NCBI RefSeq assembly: GCF_006345805.1
Contig: NC_043001.1
Location: forward strand, 4,960,001 to 5,024,000
DNA length: 64,000 nt
Direction: 5' to 3'
Source: Octopus sinensis
Taxonomy: Eukaryota
A model generated the notes under the pieces. The model had not been told where the DNA came from. It searched no databases and saw nothing but the letters and a program-made list of their open reading frames with translations. Shown piece by piece: positions 54,681 to 64,000 of this stretch. Position 1 is the first letter of the stretch. Each line of letters starts with the position of its first letter. The translations under genes and the position numbers were made by a program.

Positions 54681-55804
54681 TCTTGTGTGTGTATATGTGT
54701 GTAATTATTCACTGTATGTGTGTGAGAGTAAGTATGTATGTTTATATCTCTCTGTGTGTGAGTTTATATAAATTAGGGTATGTGTGTATGCATAAACATT
54801 TATGCAATAAAAGCAATTGCATATATGTACATATACATTTGTGTGTGTTTTTGTGTGTGCATGTGTGTGCGCGAGTGTATATACACGTATTATTTATATA
54901 TGTATATATACGTGTGTACCTGTGTGCCTGCATGGATATATAACTATTGTAGTTTCTTTATGCTTCATATTTTCATATGTAAAAATGCATAATTCTCTTT
55001 AACAAATTCCGGCGATATATTCTTTACATTTTGCCAATCCCGTAACTCGAGTTTCTCCTTTCGAGTAAATACTACAACCGCATTCTTAAAAGCTTCGATG
55101 TTTCACACTACACGGGTTAGAGGATCGAAACACCACACTCTAAATAACCTATTTCAATGGCCAACTCATTAAAGAGCTTCTACAAGTCAATGACCATTCC
55201 CATTTCTTTAGCTCCATTCCTTTATTCTCCGGTTACTTTTTTCGTGTTCTTGAAATAAAGTGAATAGATTAGGGCTTCTTGTGTGGTTCAGTTTTTATAG
55301 TAACATTTATTTCATGTAATGCCAGGCTGCAGCCGTGTCGTGTACCAGGAATATTATCTCGGGACACTTCTAGTTTATGGAGCAGTTTGTCCAAGGTCTA
55401 CTTATGTAGGATAAATTCTATTTACAAACCGAGGTGACGATGCAAGATTTTACCATTGGGTGACTGCAATACGCCCAACCATCTAGTGATGTTGATTTAC
55501 ATTCAAATTACTCAACAAATTTTTATCGAAATGGACTTCACTTAAAACGGCATCATTTGAATTTATTTTATGGTATTTAACGGGTCTTTCTAAGTTGCAT
55601 CAGGGAAGGTAGAATTTGTTGGGAAATCATCTGCTATTGGCGTTCATTATTAAAAAAAAAACTTGTTTTCTTTTTTATGGACCCGCAACCAACTTTACTT
55701 TCTTCTCTTAAGATCTTGTCCTATGTTTTTTCACCTCAAAGAAATTATCGAACAAAATTAGAAATATAAATTTACACACCATACAACGTCCGCTCTTTAA
55801 GTGT

Positions 55805-55930
55805 GTGTGTGTTCAAATCCAAGACCTGGCGGTGCGTTCTGTTCTTGAGCAAAACACTTCCTTTCACGTTGCTCCAGTCGATCCTCTAAATAGTGGAGTG
55901 GGAGGTGTTGGCTTCCACGCCGAGCCAGCG
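55805..55930 (+). mobile_element. SINE 5' fragment
   Basis: B-box gttcaaatcc followed by gttcttgagcaaaacacttcctttcacgttgctccagtc. Confidence 0.6.
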
Positions 55931-56089
55931 GGGAATGGCGTCGTTGGAATACTAATGCCGTGCATAGCGTATTGTGATCAGCCATAGGTAACAGCATATC
56001 GTGGTCTGATCGGTCATGTGATTACATGTGACGTAAATGCATGTATGTGTGCCTCTGTGTGTGAACATATATATATATATATATATATA

Positions 56090-57545
56090 TTTTTTACTCA
56101 CGAAATTTAGCATAGATAAATTTTCTGCCGTTTTTATTTAAAAAATAACCATTAGCCTGTTCGAGCAGTGTGTGTATTTTCTCTCAACGCCCCATATTTT
56201 TCAATGGCTGGTATTTTATTTTCTGTGGGGTGTGTGTAGTAAGTAGCGTTCTTTCGAAGTATATGGTTTAGGGGTCGTGCCACTGCGTGGAAACTTCTGC
56301 GCATGTCATCTACAATAACTACGTGCCGACCATACCCTTGTGAATGAATTTGATAGAATATAAGAGGAAGAGACCCCTGGTGTATATATATAAATACACA
56401 TATACATGCATACACACCAACCCACGCACTCACTTACAAACACATGCATATATATCCTACTATATTGTGTTGTCGACAAAATCAAAAACCAGCCATGCCT
56501 ATTCGCGAACTGAAAATCATAAATGGCTACTATTTACACATAGCACACTGTATATAAGCGTATGTGTTTTATATCTGTGTTTCACCTCATCCACCACTTG
56601 TCAACTGGTTTTTCCGTGTTTGCATCCAGGTAAATTGGTGGTTCTACCTGACGGCTTGGTAAGATAAGTACTACGCATAGATGTGTATGTAGTAGGGTCG
56701 GTTCGTTCGACTAGAATTTCTTCAAGGCGGTACCCCAGTATGGCAGAAATATAATGATTGAAAACAGGAAAATAGGAAAAGCTATACATACAATTTGGTG
56801 GTGCCCCAGCATGGCCACAGCTCGTGAGCTGAAACTAGATGAAAAGAAAAAAAAACAATAGGGCGTATATATTAGTGTGTCATCCACTTGGAGGAGACTT
56901 CAAAAATTAAGTATGCTGTGATAAATCCATTCATATTTTTAGAGGAGATTTGGTTAATCAAAATTATGATCTATAAGACAACAATTAAAATTTTAATTAC
57001 ATTTTAACAATGTTTGAGATTTGGTTGGTGATTTCTAGCATTTCATCGCATATTTATAGTCTTCCTTATTCTAATCAAGATTTTGACATATAAAGATACA
57101 TGATACATATCTCATAAATTACCATAAAACACACATTCACTTCAAGTATTAGACACAGCACGCCTTGGTGCTCTTAATTTGTTTTGCCTTGCTTTTGGTC
57201 AGTCCTTATCTATGAATGTGTGTCTGTGTGTCTGCGTGTGTGTTTGTGTGGATGCGTGTATGTATGCAAGTAGGGATTTATGTATTCATGTAAGTATGCA
57301 CATACATATGCAGTATGTCGCAGGAAAAAGCCTATAGTAGTTTCCGGATGGAATGAGTTTTCATCACGACCTTGCGATTAACATAAGCAGAGGATGGGTA
57401 ACCACCCAGAAACTCGAATCCACAAATTCTAATTGGACACAGAATATGTATCATTGGCCAACTAGAGGAGATGTATTGCCGGAGCAAAACCTCAGTAGCA
57501 TTAGCCTGTATGGGACGCTACACTTTGGATGACAGTTATATGTTA

Positions 57546-57590
<45 letters not shown>

Positions 57591-59042
57591 TTACTCACGA
57601 AATTTAGCATAGATAAATTTTCTGCCGTTTTTATTTAAAAAATAACCATTAGCCTGTTCGAGCAGTGTGTGTATTTTCTCTCAACGCCCCATATTTTTCA
57701 ATGGCTGGTATTTTATTTTCTGTGGGGTGTGTGTAGTAAGTAGCGTTCTTTCGAAGTATATGGTTTAGGGGTCGTGCCACTGCGTGGAAACTTCTGCGCA
57801 TGTCATCTACAATAACTACGTGCCGACCATACCCTTGTGAATGAATTTGATAGAATATAAGAGGAAGAGACCCCTGGTGTATATATATAAATACACATAT
57901 ACATGCATACACACCAACCCACGCACTCACTTACAAACACATGCATATATATCCTACTATATTGTGTTGTCGACAAAATCAAAAACCAGCCATGCCTATT
58001 CGCGAACTGAAAATCATAAATGGCTACTATTTACACATAGCACACTGTATATAAGCGTATGTGTTTTATATCTGTGTTTCACCTCATCCACCACTTGTCA
58101 ACTGGTTTTTCCGTGTTTGCATCCAGGTAAATTGGTGGTTCTACCTGACGGCTTGGTAAGATAAGTACTACGCATAGATGTGTATGTAGTAGGGTCGGTT
58201 CGTTCGACTAGAATTTCTTCAAGGCGGTACCCCAGTATGGCAGAAATATAATGATTGAAAACAGGAAAATAGGAAAAGCTATACATACAATTTGGTGGTG
58301 CCCCAGCATGGCCACAGCTCGTGAGCTGAAACTAGATGAAAAGAAAAAAAAACAATAGGGCGTATATATTAGTGTGTCATCCACTTGGAGGAGACTTCAA
58401 AAATTAAGTATGCTGTGATAAATCCATTCATATTTTTAGAGGAGATTTGGTTAATCAAAATTATGATCTATAAGACAACAATTAAAATTTTAATTACATT
58501 TTAACAATGTTTGAGATTTGGTTGGTGATTTCTAGCATTTCATCGCATATTTATAGTCTTCCTTATTCTAATCAAGATTTTGACATATAAAGATACATGA
58601 TACATATCTCATAAATTACCATAAAACACACATTCACTTCAAGTATTAGACACAGCACGCCTTGGTGCTCTTAATTTGTTTTGCCTTGCTTTTGGTCAGT
58701 CCTTATCTATGAATGTGTGTCTGTGTGTCTGCGTGTGTGTTTGTGTGGATGCGTGTATGTATGCAAGTAGGGATTTATGTATTCATGTAAGTATGCACAT
58801 ACATATGCAGTATGTCGCAGGAAAAAGCCTATAGTAGTTTCCGGATGGAATGAGTTTTCATCACGACCTTGTGATTAACATAAGCAGAGGATGGGTAACC
58901 ACCCAGAAACTCGAATCCACAAATTCTAATTGGACACAGAATATGTATCATTGGCCAACTAGAGGAGATGTATTGCCGGAGCAAAACCTCAGTAGCATTA
59001 GCCTGTATGGGACGCTACACTTTGGATGACAGTTATATGTTA

Positions 59043-59083
<41 letters not shown>
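56090..59083 (+). repeat. Tandem duplication of a 1497-bp unit bounded by (TA)n tracts
   Basis: Units ~56090-57586 and ~57587-59083; identical ORFs are offset by 1497 (56152/57649). Only one substitution noticed (C57375/T58872). Each unit contains a decayed SINE (~56225-56840). Confidence 0.95.
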
Positions 59084-59087
<4 letters not shown>

Positions 59088-59474
59088 TATTAAAAAAAAT
59101 TAACTAATAAATTAAACTGATTAGAACTAGGAGTGAAGTCATTGTTTTTCTTTTCTCAAATATTCCCACCATCTGTACCAAACATCTCACACATTTTTCT
59201 GTACATATATATATAAATTAATAAATAAAACATATGCATATATACATACATATATGTACGTACCTACCTCTACATGTATATATACATGCATATATGGGTA
59301 CAGGACACCAAAGAAAAAAAAACGTCGAACACAATGAGAAACGAAAACATAAACACAAAACCAAGGAACTGGACATTTTTCTTAAACAACGAAAAAATAG
59401 AGTACAGGACATATAACACAGGGAATATTCCTCTTCTTCAGTTGCCATGGTTTCATCTACTCTGCGTTTCGAAG

Positions 59475-59516
<42 letters not shown>

Positions 59517-59594
59517 CTCATTATTACTGTGGACATCATGTGGGCAGTCATCTAAAAGTTTTTGCTCTTCATGGTGCTGATATAAGTTCCTTGT

Positions 59595-59677
59595 CTCTCC
59601 TGATGAGATGGCGCCATAATGCACCCTTTATTCCTTCGAAATTAGGAATATGCAGCCTTCGACACATGTGTCGAGAG
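59595..59677 (+). ncRNA. Type-I hammerhead-like motif with long stem II and one core substitution
   Basis: CTCTC-CTGATGA-[GATGGC..TGCA..TATTCCT/loop/AGGAATA-TGCA-GCCTTC]-GACA-C-ATGT-G-TC-GAGAG. GAAA is mutated to GACA. Confidence 0.55.
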
Positions 59678-59729
59678 TAAAGGAATTTTGTTAAAATCGT
59701 CGTTCGACTCCATTCTTTCATTTATATAT

Positions 59730-60005
59730 ATATCAATAATCATTTTCCGTCTTTTAGACATAAACATAAACTTAATAGTAAGTCTTTATCTAGTAATATT
59801 TGGGAACTGAAAGAAAGCGGGACCGGATTTAGCCAGAAATGGGATATAATCCCGAGCGTGCACCCTTATAGAGATAGCCGATATGGGTGTGAGCTGTGAT
59901 CTAGGGAAACTGATGGGATTTTCAAGTATAGGGACAAGAGCAATGTGATTAATAATAGATTAGAGCTAAGGGTGTCACCCGAACAATTAGGTATTTTCGA
60001 AAGTA
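59730..60005 (+). mobile_element. Penelope-like GIY-YIG C-terminal remnant
   Basis: NNHFPSFRHKHKLNSKSLSSNIWELKESGTGFSQKWDIIPSVHPYRDSRYGCEL*SRETDGIFKYRDKSNVINNRLEL. Confidence 0.75.
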
Positions 60006-60705
60006 ACAATTGTAGTTACTATACTTGAACTCTGATGGTGGAACTTAATTTTGGTGCCGTATCCATTGTAAATTTACCCTCCAGTATTAAATATAATAAA
60101 AGCATGGGATATTATGTTATATACTGAATTATATTACATTACATATGTTATGTGCTATGTGCTGTGGTATGTGGTGTGCTCTATATAAAATTATCTCATG
60201 ATAATCCCTGCCTATTTAGTGTGACTTCATCCTATTTTCCTTTCTATAATATTCTACCCTACTGATCATAGCATGTATACTTGTACTGACTTTATGCAAG
60301 TGAGTCTCCTTTTGACTAAATCGTAAACCCCCTAAAAACTATAAAACCCCACATACAATAACGCTTGTAACATTACAACTTATAAAATATCTTCCATCTG
60401 AATCCCTTTAACTGCCCCCACTATTTCTATACCTGTTACCCCCACTTTTCGAGTTACCTTTATCTTTTCCCTGCCTCTAATTTTAATCCCCTCTCTCTTT
60501 ATACGTAGATTATATGTATTTCTTATTATTTTCTATTAATTCATATGATTTTTTTTCTTATTGTGACATCCTTACTTATTAACCTCTTATCACTTATTAA
60601 TTATTTTTCTTGTTCTTAAATTGATAGTTTTCAGTTACTATGCGAGATATTTATACTATATCCACATAAGCGTATAAATATTTTTGTATGTGCGTATATA
60701 CATAT

Positions 60706-60796
<91 letters not shown>

Positions 60797-61757
60797 CACA
60801 CACACACATATGTATATATATATATATCAGTGTGTATATCTGTATGTATTTTTGAAACTGTTCTGATTCATGGCTCAAATTTCATAGAAAGCATGTATAT
60901 CTTTCCAGTTATTACATACATTAATGCCTTAGGCAGTTTTTATAGAAACCACCTAATAATTAATTAATTAAGTAAGTACATGAATGAATATTAAACTGAT
61001 TATACGTAATCTTTCCTTTTTTAATGTTTACAATTGATATATACAAACCTTTAACTTATTTTGGTTATGATATCATTTTTGAAATTTTGAAATTATATTT
61101 TTATACAATATAACAATATTGTTTATAAACATTCCCCCCTTAATGCCCCTAAATAATAGTTCCTTTGTATTAACATCTTAGGTTTCTTAGCATCATTCCC
61201 CTTTAACTAGTCATTAACATCATGATTTAAAGTCTACCCCTGCCCTGCCTCTTTTTATAGACAGTTAATTATATCCAACTGACTACTCCTAATGTTTTAT
61301 TTTCTCTCTGAGGAAAGGAAATGCATATGATAATAATTATGACCATACCTAGCCATGAGCAGTCAACTTACTCTTGTCCTTTATTCAAAATAGACACTGT
61401 ATTCTAGTCTTAGATTTAATAGTTGATAAAGAGATAAATGAATTAGAAATGAGTTACACCCCTTACAGCTCTATGAAACCACTATGCTCCGAGTGATTCT
61501 TAAAACTTGTAGCCTAATCTTAGGTAGAATTGCAATAACGTGAATTTCTTCCATATTCTGACAGTGTTAAAATATTTAAGAAAAAGCTATATTAATGCGT
61601 TGTAATTGTTAAATAGCCATTTATTTATTTGTGCAACTGAAGACAGCACTTCATTTAAATTGATGTAAATATTGCATTGATTTGTTAAATGGAGTCGCTT
61701 GAAACGGTTGTACTGCGTTAATACTTTATATCCTGTTGCTTTATTGATTTTATATAC

Positions 61758-61843
<86 letters not shown>

Positions 61844-62044
61844 TGAGAGAGAGAAAGAGAGATATAGAGAGAGACAGAGAGATATAGAGAGAGACAGAGA
61901 GAGAGACAGACAGAGAGTGAGAGAGATACAGAGAGAGGGGGAGAGAAGTTAGATAAACAAATAAACCGATTGGTATGCATACATAATACACACACACCTA
62001 CGCGCACGCACACACACTCAAACACACACACTCACACACACACA

Positions 62045-62101
<57 letters not shown>

Positions 62102-62381
62102 TTCCACCCTAAAATCCGAGCGGAGTTTATCTAATATTTAGATGGCTCCACTACTGGTTGCATATCCTTCACGTTTTGCGAACTACATCACCCAATATTA
62201 TTAAGTAATTATGGGCCCATCGGAACAGCTGTCAGACATGTAATAGCATTCCTCTATGCTTTAGTTTTTGTGTCCTTGTATTCTATGTAAATCTGCTCTG
62301 TTAATATATAAATACCTATATATTTATGCATGAATATCCATCGTTCTATATTTGAGAGACGAGGAATTATGTACATATTTA

Positions 62382-62622
62382 ACATTATTTACACTTGACG
62401 GATATTTGTCCTCATCTTGTTTATTGTTTATACAACGTTTCGGCTGATGTAATCTCCAGCTTTCATGATAATAATACTAACATCGGAAAAATACCATAAG
62501 AATGAGAACCCAGGTTCGAAATTCCCCGAGGACATCTCATGAAAGTTGGAGAGTACATCATCCGAAACATCGTGTTAACAACAAAAAAGTTGAGGACAAA
62601 TATCCGTCAAATGTAAATAATG
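62382..62622. mobile_element. Fold-back element with degenerate hammerheads in both arms (PLE pLTR-like)
   Basis: Arms 62382-62468 and 62537-62622 are imperfect reverse complements. The right arm reads ACAT-CTCATGA-...-CC-GAAA-CA-TC-GTGT; the left mirror reads GAAA-CG-TT. Confidence 0.75.
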
Positions 62623-63659
62623 ACTATCCAACGTTTGAATATTTTCAGGTTTTGTTTTTTTCTCAACATGTATATTTGTATTTATATGTTATATGTGTAG
62701 ACCATGGGATTTATTTGTTTATTTGCATCGTTATCTCCATATTTGCTCACCTGGATTCCTTTTATAGTGAAACTTTACATAGCCTACGTACTCCTCGGTA
62801 ATATTTTCAGACTGCAAGTTCAAATGTTACGTATTTTCAACACCTCCGGATCTCATATTTTGAGTTTCCTCACACTCTCTCTATTTCTCTCACACTATGT
62901 CTATCTCTTTGTATATATGAATATATAATGAGTATATGTGTGAGTGTCTGTGAGTGAGTGTATTGATTATGATAACACGTGATATAGGAATAAGCAAAGT
63001 GCAAAAATGTAGAAAGGTGAGAATCATATTACAATTTTGTTTTTGAAAATAACGAAGTCGAAAACGATGACGCTGTAGTTGATGACAATGACAGATTCAG
63101 TGTCAGCGTTGGTGCCGATGACAACGACATTTGCCGATGGTGTTGCTGGAGCTCGTAATGAGGAGGAACGCATTAATGTAGTGTTTGCATTAGCAGTTTA
63201 AATATGTTTATCACATTACGTTGGAGGATGATAATATAACACAAGAATTAGATGATAATATTGATGTTTGTGAATATTGGTGGTGTGTATATGATGGCAG
63301 TGCAAGTAAAACTAGTGATGTTAATAATGATGACGTCAAATTTAACCGTTTGTGAAAAATCAAATGTATTGAACCGCATATTTATGCTTCACTTGTGACA
63401 TTTTAGGCCAGTAAAATGTAATATATGTGTAATATATTTTTCTTGTTATTTTATTATTTTTCTATTTTGATATTATTTTAGCTGGCTACGAAAGAGGAAA
63501 TATTTAATCTTAGCACTCTACCTGTCAAAAGGACTACTAAAAATTGTCTCTTTTTACTCTATAATTCATCAATGCTTCTTTGGCAATTTTAAGTTGTCAT
63601 TCTTTTCAGCGAATGTATTTCAACTTTAATAAAATTCATTATCGTCCTCTTGAATATAA

Positions 63660-63830
63660 ACTGTTTTTTCTTCTTCCTCTTTCCTTTCTCTTCATTTTTT
63701 TCAATGCTTTATTTTCTTCTGCTTGACCAGGACGTCTATTTACAGAAAATAACAGAATTGCAATAACTGTCAATTCGAGACTCAGTACTTCTAAATCATT
63801 AGCTATTTCTTTTGACATTGCAGTGAATAA
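63660..63830 (-). mobile_element. Possible RTE-type RT remnant
   Basis: IANDLEVLSLELTVIAILLFSVNR...KKMK resembles YADDLALLSE...QELL..VE...KKTK. Confidence 0.3.
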
Positions 63831-64000
63831 ACGAAACAACTAGGCAATTTGTATTGATTAAGGGCCAAACGTTATTGGTCATGTACTTGGAATTTATGTA
63901 TTTCGAATAACCGAACTTTTCCTTCTATCACACAATCTTTGCTGCTAATTTCCTATGACTATCTATATCATATGCGTTGGAGTAAATGTAACTTAATGTG

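Noticed and set aside
63040-63180. Asp/Asn-rich frame (NNEVENDDAVVDDND...)
   Set aside because: Looks like a decayed (GAT) microsatellite and ends in stops.

Overview
AT-rich, microsatellite-saturated eukaryotic DNA; the SINE families and (TA)/(CA)/(GA)/(GAT) density suggest an octopod cephalopod (inference, not verified). Nearly all listed ORFs are microsatellite artefacts and no host gene can be confidently identified. The window is mostly decayed mobile DNA: many tRNA-derived SINEs, four Tc1/mariner remnants, CR1/L2-, RTE- and RLE-type LINE fragments, and four Penelope-like (PLE) GIY-YIG fragments. The most striking theme is a set of inverted-repeat (fold-back) elements carrying type-I hammerhead ribozyme (HHR) motifs. 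The best is a young 367-bp element (27478-27844) with 92-bp near-perfect arms, G-quadruplex motifs and an apparently intact HHR (U3-A8 core variant) at the tip of a rod-like fold. Others are a ~3.5-kb inverted duplication (20354-23891), an RT-less GIY-YIG element with inverted HHR arms (18742-19952) and a 241-bp fold-back (62382-62622). There is also a 1497-bp near-identical tandem duplication and weak evidence for a minus-strand gene for a small secreted Cys-rich protein (signal-peptide-like exon at 42825-42897, Cys-rich terminal exon at 5468-5584). Coordinates of degenerate elements are approximate.
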